From Chiloscyllium plagiosum (lineage: Eukaryota): a DNA stretch of 20,000 nt. This document shows, piece by piece, positions 8,377 to 18,200 of the stretch. The notes under the pieces were generated by a model. It saw nothing but the letters and a program-made list of their open reading frames with translations. It ran no database searches and was not told the origin of the DNA. Where the stretch lies: positions 53,603,946 through 53,623,945 of the forward strand of contig NC_057718.1 of the NCBI RefSeq assembly GCF_004010195.1, in the 5' to 3' direction. Position 1 is the stretch's first letter. Every line of letters starts with the position of its first letter. The position numbers and the translations under genes are program-made.

Positions 8377-11204
8377 GTTAATTTTTACTTCAAGTAGTTC
8401 TTGGCCACTCGATCTTTACAGATTACTGCATGGGATAAATCTTTTTGGTGTGGCTGGTTTTAAATTAAGCTGGAGGGTTTACCCCAAGTCGTAACAACTG
8501 AAATTTAAATTGTTCAATTTGTGGGCCAAAAAGGGGGTAACGTTACATAAGCAATGATCATATCATTCAACTAGAACTAGCATTTTTAATTACCTGATTT
8601 AAATTTCCATGGTGGATTTAATGGACAATTAACGTGCAAATCTAATGGCATTTTAAAAGTAACAGAAAAGCTAAGACTGAGATGCCATTTGTAAACAACA
8701 CAACAGTATAAATCAATCAATAAGTCCTGAAAACTTGCTTATCATAGCTTATTTCTTGATCTCTGAACTCAATGGTTAATTTGCGCAGTTAAAACAGTAC
8801 ACATTGTTAAACCATTACTGTTTTTACAGCAAGATCCATCACACTCTTGCAGCAAAAATATTTATGTGAGCAGAAAGACAATTTCTCCCCTGCAATCTAC
8901 TCCAGACTGCTTCACAGATTAAACTAGTTCCATAATAACATTTTATTATGAGCTGCAGAAATGCTATGTGACCCTTAAGTAGGTCAGATCCATCTCTATA
9001 GGCCAGGTCTCCTCGGTTGCATGAATATTAAGAATCCAGGAATAAAGATCTGCTGGGCTTTGTGCACTGCATGTAAGCTTCTGACCTTTTAAAAGCAAAT
9101 ACAAAATGAGATACATTCCTTGTTTTGCTTTGAGATAATCTCGTAAAGTAAATGTCATTCAGTCGACACCTAGCTATATCCATCATCTTTTGCATTTTTA
9201 CTAATTACCCAAGGATTAACATTGTCCAATTAATCATCATAACAATCAAAATATTTTCATTATCTCTATCTGTGCAAAAACATCTATGCAAAATGATAAA
9301 CTTTCAAATAGTACAATGGAAAATTATGCCAAAAAGCATATATTTTTTAATGTAATTTCCAATCATGTGCTATAGTGAAAGACATGAACGAAGGTCTCTT
9401 GCAGTATTTATCCTCAGATTGTTTTTCTGAACTGATGCAAATGTCAATTAATTTGCACTGAACTGAAATGAAGTACTAACGATGTGTCCCTAAAATTCTG
9501 TGCTGCCTTCACTTCCACTTGCCCTGCACAAAATATTGGAGTTGCTGAGTGTGAGGCTCTCATTTCAGAGCTTATTGATTTATAGACTATCATCTTTATA
9601 AAGCTTTACAGGATACAACATTATAAATTAAGATGCAACAGGTAAATCAAAACTATATGTTCATAAAAAATAGCAAAAGTCAAAATAGCGTTGACTAAAC
9701 AGTACCCCCTCAACCCCCGCTCCCACCACTCCACATGCCACCAGTTACACCCTTATTATCATTGGGATTAATTTTGTTTTGATTCCCATCACCTTTTTAA
9801 AATGCTTATATGGGGAAAAATGGTTAAAGATAAAGATAAGGATTTAAATAATATCACAGCAACTATACTGGACAGCTCATAACCCCTATACGAATCCAAG
9901 ATAAGGTTATGTTAATGTACTTTTTCCTTTTTTTATTATTTGTATAGTTGATATATGCTTTATGTTAAATTTATCTCTTTCAACTTTCATTTGGTCTGCT
10001 TTGGCAGTGACTATCAGTGTATCACAGTGTTGCTTAAGAGTTTTAATAATATGAAATGCTTTTATATCAACTTTATTCATAAATAGTAATCTGTATTTGA
10101 CATATCAGAAACTCCAAATCTTGTATACATCAAATGAAATTAGTTGCCAATTCAAGCTGGTACAGATGCAATATTATTTTTGTTGATGTATTAGAAATTC
10201 TTGTGTTTACATATGACTAAATAGATACAGCTAATGCAAACGGTAACATTTTTATGACATAATTAGCACTTGCTTAATTTTAGCAGGAGTACCAGTTTTT
10301 ATCTACATGAAATAAATAGGCACTTCCCTACACAATGGAGTCTGTTAAACATTAAGGGGAAAACTAACAATCTTGAAAGAAATCAACAAAAAACCTGACA
10401 AAATACCAATGGAGACTGTCAATCACTGTGGAAACCAAGTTGCCAGAGGAAAAAAGCACGTCACAGAAACAGTAGATTGACAATTCTCTGATGACTGCTC
10501 ACATCCTATTTTATTGGAAGAATGTCACTACTATAGATGCTAGTCTTTTCCTGCCCATGAGGATCCTTCTAAATCTGGGCAGCATTATATGGGAAACATT
10601 ATTTACAAGACAGTTTGAAAGCTATGGAACATATATATACAGGGAAAACTAGCTAACGCATTGAGCAAAGAGACTCTAAATGGAATATCCTAACAGCATG
10701 AGTAGGATAAGATTTCCCTGCAGGAATTATTTTTCAATGTCTTGTTTGCATTGCCTTCATTCTGTTGTTATAAGGTTAATATCTGTACAAAACATGAATT
10801 GTATTTGAACAGACAAAATCAAAATATATAGAAGCTGCTTATCCTTTCTGTGGGTATGTAACAGTCGCTATTGAATTATACAATGGACTGAGTAATTATT
10901 AACCAATTGTGTTGATGTTGATTTATACTTTCTTGTTTGTGACAATGTGTGCTACGTGTTGTGCATTGAAGCATTAAAACTGTTAAGAACAAGAATTCAT
11001 TGCTTTGTGGACACACATCTTATGGTGTAATGGGAATATAACCAAAGTGAACGTGTTTCTTATTTTATCATATCAGAAAGAAATCTATCATTTTGAACAC
11101 ACAAAAATACAGAGTGCAGAAGAACAACTAATCCAGTTAAGTTGGCCTATCAATACCTAATGCAGTCACCTACACATTGGCCCATCTCGCCATGCAAAAG
11201 TTTG

Positions 11205-11320
11205 GAGATATTTCTAATCAACCTCTTCAGATATACAATGCTGTTACACATCTCCAGAGCAGATGAGATTGAACCTGGGTCATTTGGCTTAGAGGTGAGG
11301 ACTGCATAACATGTGCTCTG
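11205..11320 (-). mobile_element. Ancient tRNA-derived SINE remnant, same family as 6548-6862
   Basis: gatatttctaatcaacctcttcagat...ttacacatctccagagcagatgagattgaacctgggtc...gcttagaggtgaggact has a minus-strand B box (GGTTCAATCTC) and shares body sequence with the 6548-6730 copies. Confidence 0.6.
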
Positions 11321-11361
11321 CAAACCGCTGGGAAAGTCAAAAGCAACATTGAGATGAGCTG

Positions 11362-11400
11362 AATTGCTTAGATCCCAAAAAAAATTGCTTAGATCCCAAA
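11362..11400. repeat. 18-bp direct duplication separated by an A run
   Basis: AATTGCTTAGATCCCAAA occurs at 11362-11379 and 11383-11400. Confidence 0.9.
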
Positions 11401-12334
11401 TTTTTGTGACAATTTCTAGACGCCTCTCTTCAAGATCTTTGAAAGAGTGAGAAAATGCAAAGGAAATTTACGAGGGTTGGGCCAAGGATGAAATACTTTG
11501 GACAGAACTTTACAAGAAATTGACTAAGTATCAATAAATGTCAATAAGACATAATAAATTAAAGCATGTAAAATTGCATGAGAAAACTCACCTGAGCTCA
11601 GAAAGCGAAACCCTTCCTGATACTCCCTGAGGTTGACTAAGTCGTACTTTTATGTACTCACCAACAGCGGAAATACAGTCTGCTGCTGGCACCTTCTAGG
11701 AATCACTGTGCAGACACCACATTTAAAATCAAGCTGTGCTCCAGTTCAATCACTTCCAGCCATGAATAACCCTTAACAGTACACACAGTGGGATGGAAAC
11801 AAAAAAGATAAGCTTTCAAAGGCACGTAACTGGCACAGGTGACATTTCATTGGGAATAGAATCTCACATTTGCAAATGTGTTGCTTCTTTACACCATTAC
11901 TTGTCTGATCAACTGTCAGTGACACGGCAGCTACAAGCATCAAGCTCCACAGGTTACTCACCATTAGCATCCTAGCATGTTGGAATCCTGTTGAAGGGGG
12001 TGTTGGGCTTTGCCTACTGCTCAGTGAAGCATAACTTCTTCTAATTGCTTAATGTGGGAGCATCATATGTTTAAAAGTCTTCAAAAAGTTGAAAACATTA
12101 ACTTTCATGGAAAAACAAGAAAAGCAAAGAAAAACAATTTTTTTTAAAAAGCTGCATTTGCTTTAGAGCAAATGAAAACACAGGCTGCTGATCTTTCAAA
12201 TGACAACACATTTACGGATAATGAAAGGTCTCTTCATTGCCGGATTTCTGTTTTGCGATCAGTAATTTGCTGATTTTTTGGTAATTCGAATCACTCCTAA
12301 ATCCCTGGTTCTGACACTACACCTATTTAGGGAA

Positions 12335-13475
12335 TGTGAAATGGAGAAGGCAGTAGACAGGTATTTCAGGGCTAAAGAATCTCTGTGTTTCCTTAACTTC
12401 AAAAAGGTAGCCATGATGTGGAGGTGCAGGTGTAGTTCTGGGGTGGACAAAGTTGAAAATCACATGACACCTGTTTATAGTCCAATAGGTTTATTTGAAA
12501 ACCTGTTGGACTATAACCTGATGTTGCGTGATTTACAAAAAGCTATGTATAATAATACAATACTTAAAAAGGCAAATGCAATAAAACAGTGAAATTGACA
12601 CAATTATACAGAGGACAGTAACTCAATACACTATCAAATTAAAGAGAGGTTTAAATGCATTCTAAGCTAAACAGCAGTTTTAATCACAAACACTTCCTAC
12701 CCTTAGGGTCCCTGCACTTTGACCACCCACCTTCCCCTCCCTGCAAGCGAGGTTGGAAACTTTCAGGTCTCCGGAGTTTCAGCTCACCACTGGGAAAACA
12801 CAGTTTTAAAGTGCATCCAGTTGTTGAGGTTCTTGCTGTCAGTTCTCTTGTCTTGGAACAGGCCCATGTCTGGAAGCTCTTGTTTGGATAGTGCTTGGTT
12901 GGCATCTTACCCTCTCAGACGTCCTTTGTTGCGATGATGCTCTTGATTTGGCATCTCAGTGGTTCTTGGTTCTAAAGCTGTTTGTTGTGATTGGAGCCTG
13001 CAGTGAAAACTGGTTCTGCAGGAGTTTGATGTTAGAAAAGGCTCTCTCTCTCTCTCCTCTAGATCAGGACTAGCAGTTACACAGACTGTGTGCCCGTTAT
13101 TTCCTCTCAAATTTGTATTTCTGGTATTCGCTTTTGAGGCCAACTGGCTTCCTGATAGTTAAGAGTAGGTGTGAATGTATTTTGATGAAATAGAATGGCT
13201 GGTACCTCTGTGCATGAATACTGCTTGAAGTTGATTGCTGAGGCCCTGTTCAGTCTGGGTTGGATGGTGTTGATTGTTCTTTTAGAGACAATGTATTAAT
13301 TGGATTTTCAGGTTGAACAATGGTTCCAAACAGCTTTCTTTGTGTCTGTGTAATTTTCCCAGAACCTCGCCCAGCTGCCTGCCTTGTTCTTTTACTTTTG
13401 AAAAGTCAAGGATTTTGGGCCTGTATTTCAGAATATGGGGATTTTTGCTCAACCCTACATCACCCAAATCATAAT
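12335..13475. mobile_element. Possible degenerate LTR-like repeat
   Basis: Composition and layout only (A-rich block, then T-rich block with a (CT)n tract at 13042-13056, no coding signal). Ends and TSD are not established. Confidence 0.25.
12414..12534. mobile_element. Collapsed hairpin derivative of a shark Penelope-associated inverted-repeat element
   Basis: 36-bp arms at 12457-12492 and 12499-12534 are reverse complements at 29/36 positions (core TTATAGTCCAAYAGGTTT / AAACCTGTTGGACTATAA). They are preceded by gatgtggaggtgcaggtgtagttctggggtggacaaagtt. Family assignment is from recalled consensus. Confidence 0.6.
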
Positions 13476-13830
13476 TGAGACCCAGCTGGAAATGGGTGTC
13501 AGTTATGTCATTTTTGTCTTGTTGAAAATTATGCTCAAATGCTCTGTCATGGGGAAGGTAATGTTCCTCCTACTCCACATCTTCGTCTTCCTCCTTGGTA
13601 GCTGCTGCTGCTCTCCTGGCTCTTCAGGCACCATCACATTCCTTTCCCATACTTCAGTTGTCTAGGATTGGGTAGCACACTTTGTCTGGACTGAACTGTG
13701 AGCCCTCCTCACTTAACTGCAGCCTCCCCCCCACTTCACAAAATAATTCAAATATCTAAACCTCATCTTCAGGATGCTAATTGTCTGCTCTACCATGCTC
13801 CTGCTGGAAGAATGGGCGGGGCATATCTGC

Positions 13831-13960
13831 CAGGAGAAAGCGAGGACTGCAGATGCTGGAGACCAGAGCTGAAAAAAGTGGTGCTGGAAAAACATAGCAG
13901 GCCAGGCAGCATCCAAGGAGCAGGAGAATCGACGTTTCGGGCATAAGCCCTTCTTCAGGA
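13831..13960 (-). mobile_element. 130-bp Penelope-like element terminal fragment with 9-bp TSD
   Basis: CATATCTGC is duplicated at 13822-13830 and 13961-13969. The body (minus: CCTGAAGAAGGGCTTATGCCCGAAACGTCGATTCTCCTGCTCCTTGGATGCTGCCTG...) is related to 17863-17945. Confidence 0.85.
13927..13960 (-). ncRNA. Minimal type I hammerhead ribozyme core (PLE-type)
   Basis: CUGAAGA (13958-13952), A, stem II GGGC-UUAU-GCCC, GAAA, then CGUC. This is the conserved hammerhead core with the very short stem III typical of Penelope-associated hammerheads. Stem I is only 2-3 bp in this copy. Confidence 0.7.
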
Positions 13961-14729
13961 CATATCTGCTCTTAGCCTCAGACAGGGGATTGTGTAGCCG
14001 GGTCATCAGCCATGGTTTTAGAAGGTAGCCCTCATCTCCCAATGACCAACTTAGGAAGGGGTCCTTGAACGGAAGCAGAAACCTGACAGTTCTCTAGAGT
14101 ATAGGCATCATGACAGCTTCCAGCGTGCCAAGCACAGAATTCTAAGATTTCAGGCAAAATCTTCCAAGACCTTGAACAACATTGGTGAGTCAGTTAGGAA
14201 ACTAGGATGAGATCTATGACTTAATGTAAAAAAGTCTGAGTCTCCATCCAAGTGAGAAATGAGAATTTCACTCACGAACGGTGAGAGCATAGTAATGTCC
14301 ATTTGGAGTGAGTGGTATGCCACTATTATCCAACCTGCAGTTTCCCATTTTTCCACTTGCCAATCAAACACACCAGTCATCACAATCAAACCAGGTCCCT
14401 GCCAACTACAGCTCTTCGTTTGCTCCTCTAGTCTTCCATCTTGGACAGCAATACCCAATATGCTCCATGGGCAGCGAACACAGCATCACCCCATCCACGG
14501 AGTTGGCACTGAGTATGTATCAGTTTTGCTACAACCTCACGGCACGTCTCTGATCCACTTAAAAACACAACATGCTTCACTCTGGAGCACACCACAGTTT
14601 CTCATTAGAATGCTGCTGCTAGAACACTTTGCAATCAGGGACAGACACTCATTGTATAGATTCGACCAGGGTACATCAAGACATTCTCACTTTCTTTCTT
14701 AATAATCACTCACTTTGCACCAACGTGAA

Positions 14730-14925
14730 AATTTCCAAGTCAGGATGGAGAGTGGCTGGGAGGTGAACTTAAAAACAGTGGTGTTCCCATTTATCTGCCC
14801 TTGTCCTTCCAATGTATTTCAATAACAATGTTTTCCTGGCCCTCGTTAGATGTTTAATTACAGATTTTAATTTAAATTTTGAACATTATCTGGGTTTCCT
14901 AATTGCAATAGGCCACTGCCTCCCT
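14730..14925 (-). mobile_element. Degenerate ancient shark SINE/LINE-tail remnant
   Basis: tttccaagtcaggatgg...ggaggtgaactt...gtggtgttcccat...tgcccttgtccttc and the terminal gccactgcctccc resemble a recalled shark interspersed repeat. Confidence 0.45.
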
Positions 14926-15144
14926 AATGATTAATGTATCTTAGAAACCAGAAAAGTGGGAAACATAAACATGATACCAGAAAACGTAACACTAAAACAT
15001 TTCTAAGACATAAAATTACTACTTGACCTTTACTACAGCAGACCTAACTTTTAGCAATATCTAGAAAGTGTCTGCATGATCTAGCTTCCAAGCTGACCCC
15101 AAGATCCAATGGACTTGTTAACATTGAAGGGGATATTCCATAAA

Positions 15145-17447
15145 CCATTGAATAAATACATTCCAACAAATAAGAAGAGTTGTAAGTGATGGACCCACTA
15201 TCGTGTTAACTAAGAAAGTCAAGGACAGTATCAAGCTCCAAGAAAAAATATATAATTGTGCTAAGATCAGTGGGACATCAGAAGATTGGACAGAAATAAC
15301 TAAGAATAACGAAAGGATTAATAAGGAGAGAAAGGTTAAGTGTAAGAGAAAGTTCTCCAAAGACATGGTGGCTCAGTGGTTAGCACTGTTGCCTCACAGC
15401 ACCAGGAACCTGGGTTTGATTCCAACCCCAGGTGACTGTCTGTGTGGAGTTTGCACATTCTCCCCGTGTCTGCGTGGGTTTCCTCCGGGTGCTCCAGTAG
15501 CCTCCCACAATCCAAAGATGTGCAGGTTAGGTGAATTTGCCATGCTCAATTGTCCATAGTGTTAGATGAATTAGTCAGGGGTAAATGTAGGGGAATGGGT
15601 CTGGGTGGGTTACTCTTCCGAGGGTCAGTGTGGACGTGTTGGGCCGAAGAGCCTGCTTCCATACTGTCGGGAATCTAATCTAATCTAATCAAATTTAGAA
15701 GTTTCTTCACTTTTGTAAAATGAAAGAATTAACAAAGTAAGTGCTAGTTTCTCTTGAAAATTACACTGGGGAATGAGTAATGAATGACAAAGAGTTGACA
15801 GATGAATTATACAAATATTTTCATCAGTCTTCATGAGGAAGGATATAAGTAACACCAAGGAAATATCTATAAACCAGGAAATGAAAGGAAGGGAGGAACT
15901 CATATCAGGAAAGTAGTGTTGAGCATATTATTGGAACTGTAAGATGCCAAGTACTGATGAATTGGATCCTAGGGTCTTGAAAGAAATGGAAATGAAAAGC
16001 TGATGTGCTGGTTTCGATTTTCCAAAAATCATTAGATTTTGTGTAGGTTTCTTTAGATTGGAAAGTAGCTAATGTCACACCTTGATTTAAAACGTAAGGA
16101 AGCCGAAAGGAGTTTTAGGTCAGTTAGTTTTATATCCATCATAAGGAAAATGTTAAAACTAGCATTAAAGAAGTTGCAACAGGGCACTTGGATAAGTTCA
16201 AGGTAATCCAGCAGATCCATTATGCATTTACCAATGGAAAGTCATGGTTCAATTATTTATTAGAGGTTTTTTTGAAGAAATGATTTGTGCTGCAGATAAA
16301 GGGAACCAGTTGATGCATGGTATTTAGATTTCCAGAAAGCATTTGATAAAGTGCCACATCAAAGGTTATTACAAAAATTAAAAGCTTATGGTGTTGGTGG
16401 TAACTTCTTGGCATAGCAGGAGACAGGCTGGCTAACAGGAATAACTGGGTACTTGTCAGACTGGCAAGATGTCATGAATGGTGTGCTATAGGGGACAGCG
16501 CTGGGACCTCAACGCTTTACAGTTTGTATAAAACTTGCATGAAGGAATTTAAGGTATAGTTGCTAAATGTGCTGTTGTCACAAAGATAGGTAGGAAGGTG
16601 GGTTGTGAAGAGCAGGATATAAGGATACAGATAGGTTAAGTGAGTGGACAAAGATCTAGAAAATTTGAAGAAGCGCAGAATTGTCTATTTTGGCAGAAAG
16701 GATAAAATGAAAACATATTATGTAAATGGTGAGTGGTTGCAGAGTTCTGAGATGCAGAGGATCTGAATTTCCTGGTGTGTAAATTGCAGGAAGTTAGTAA
16801 GCAGCTACAGCAAGTAATCAGGAAAGTTAAAAGAATATTATGTTTTATAGCAAGGGAAATTGAATGCAAGAATGAGGAGATTATATAGGGCATTGGTGGA
16901 ACTATACTGTGTACAGTATTGGTCATGCTATGTATGGAAGGATGTTGGTACTTTGGAAGCAGTTCAAAGGAGGTTTACAAGACTAATACCAGAATGAGTA
17001 GACTGTCTAATGAAGAAAGGCTCGACAAGCTAGGCCCATATCCTCTGCAGTTTGGAAGAGTCTGAGGTAACTTAATTTAGAAATATACATTCCTGAGGAG
17101 ACTTGACCAAGTGGATGTTAAAAGGCTGTTTTTTAATGTTGCAGACTCTAGAATTAGGAGGATGTAGTTTAAAAAAATCAGGGGTTCTCATTTATAACAG
17201 AAATGAGGAAAGTTTTATTTTTCTGAGGGTTGTGTGTCTTTGGAATTCCCTTCCTCAAAAGGCAGTGAATGCAGAATCTTTCAATATTTTTAAGCCAGGG
17301 ACAGACAGTCTTGACTACCAAAGGGATAATAGATCTTGGAGGTTTGCAGGAATATAGAGTTCACATTAAAATACATGATCATATTGAATGTTGCAGCAGG
17401 CTTGATGGGCTGAGTGGCCTTTTCTTGCTACTTATCCATAGGTTTAT
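15145..17447 (+). mobile_element. 5'-truncated, decayed CR1-clade LINE (ORF2 reverse transcriptase region plus 3' UTR)
   Basis: LTKKVKDSIKLQEKIYNCAKISG..EDW (~15205-15290), YLDFQKAFDKVPHQRLLQKLKAYGV (from 16321), degenerate GVPQGSVLGP (~16480-16510), FADD decayed to CAVV (~16570) and RVVCLWNSLP (~17230). The CR1-type 3' UTR catgatcatattgaatg...gggctgagtggcct lies at ~17373-17420. Many stops and frameshifts. Confidence 0.92.
15362..15690 (+). mobile_element. Full-length HE1-type SINE nested in the CR1 LINE
   Basis: A box TGGCTCAGTGG, B box GGTTTGATTCC, central TGTGTGGAGTTTGCACATTCTCCCCGTGTCTGCGTGGGTTTCCTCCGGGTGCTCC domain and an (AATCT)n tail at 15672-15690. Confidence 0.93.
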
Positions 17448-17468
17448 TCAGCATCCACAGTCGGTAAA

Positions 17469-18015
17469 TGTGATGTATGTATATAAAAGGAAATGTGAGG
17501 TGAAGTGGGAGATGGCACGGGGCAGGGTGACATTAGGCACACGGGCACACAAGATGGCCACTGAGCCATATGTTGACCACTTGGCACACAAAATGGCCAC
17601 TAGACCACAATAAGGAGAGAGACAGCAGAGCAAACACAGATACTGCCTGGGGCCACCAGGACGCCAGCACAATGCACTCACAACCTAGTAGATTAGTTTA
17701 AGGCAGGTGGGGGAGAGAATATACATGAGTAGTGTATACTGCCCGCTGAAGTGTCTGGGTCCAGCCAACACCTTTGTTAGAAATGCTAGCTGTTTGATGC
17801 AGACTCAATATAAAGTGCTAATACCGATTCCCACAGCTACCTGGATTACACCTCTTCCCACCAGGGCTTTTGCCCGAAACGTCGATTTTGCCTGTCCTCG
17901 GATGCTGCCTGAATTGCTGTGCTCTTCCAGCACCACTAATCCAGAATAAAGTGCTAATAGTCAGGGCTGCAGTAATCGTCCTTCTCAGGAAAAGCGATTA
18001 GTGCTCATTACTACA
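17469..18015 (+). mobile_element. Probable solo LTR interrupted by a PLE fragment
   Basis: Begins TGT (17469) and ends ACA (18015), flanked by GTAAA (17464-17468) and GTAAT (18016-18020), a 4/5-matching TSD. It has a duplicated internal 19-mer GGCACACAARATGGCCACT and a poly(A)-signal-like ATAAA at the PLE insertion site. Confidence 0.55.
17824..17945 (+). mobile_element. 122-bp chimeric Penelope-like insertion with 14-bp TSD
   Basis: ATAAAGTGCTAATA is duplicated at 17810-17823 and 17946-17959. 17823-17861 encodes TDSHSYLDYTSSH (PLE RT C-terminal motif) and is joined directly to AGGGCTTTTGCCCGAAACGTCGATT, the 3' half of a hammerhead in the terminal repeat. Confidence 0.85.
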
Positions 18016-18045
18016 GTAATGGATTTCCGCATAGTATTGAAATTG

Positions 18046-18129
18046 GCAATGTCTGCACTGAAACAGACAATGACTGCACTGAAATTAACAAAGGCTGTGC
18101 TGGAACTGACAATGACTGCATCAAAACTA
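18046..18129. repeat. Degenerate 21-bp tandem repeat, 4 copies
   Basis: gcaatgtctgcactgaaacag / acaatgactgcactgaaatta / acaaaggctgtgctggaactg / acaatgactgcatcaaaacta. Confidence 0.8.
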
Positions 18130-18200
18130 ACAACAATTCTGCAATATTTACAATAAACAATCTATGTTACAAAGACAATAACCTCATCATTGACCTACTA

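Larger units (their letters stand above)
7356..8496 (+). mobile_element. Solo LTR interrupted by three insertions
   Basis: Starts TGTTATGA (7356) and ends TCGTAACA (8496), terminal inverted repeats with one CpG-type mismatch. CCAAT motifs at ~7559, 7599 and 7612 precede TATAAGA at ~7628. The AATAAA region at ~8003 is split by the HE1 insertion. No matching TSD (tatg vs actg). Confidence 0.65.
13560..14320 (-). pseudogene. Decayed PIF/Harbinger (HARBI1-like) DDE transposase fragment
   Basis: Motifs occur in order on the minus strand: YHSL (~14300, weak), CAWHAGSCHDAY (~14100-14135), GDEGYLLKPWLMT..NP.SEA..RY (14040-13962), AH...RSMVEQTISILKMRFRYL (~13820-13750), QFSPDKVC (~13680-13700) and acidic EEDEDVE (~13575-13594). 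These match the family pattern PGS.HDA / GD.GYPL.PWLMTP / R..IE..IG.LK.RFRCL / LQYSP.KV. Frameshifts and stops are present. Confidence 0.85.

Noticed and set aside
13560..14320. Domesticated HARBI1 host gene
   Set aside because: Frameshifts, stops, a missing N-terminal region and a retroelement insertion indicate a dead transposon copy.
14259..14702. 147-aa plus-strand ORF
   Set aside because: No recognisable domain, and it is antisense to and adjacent to the Harbinger remnant, so it is likely a chance ORF.
15203..15559. 118-aa ORF
   Set aside because: It is a chimera of a CR1 ORF2 remnant reading into the HE1 SINE.
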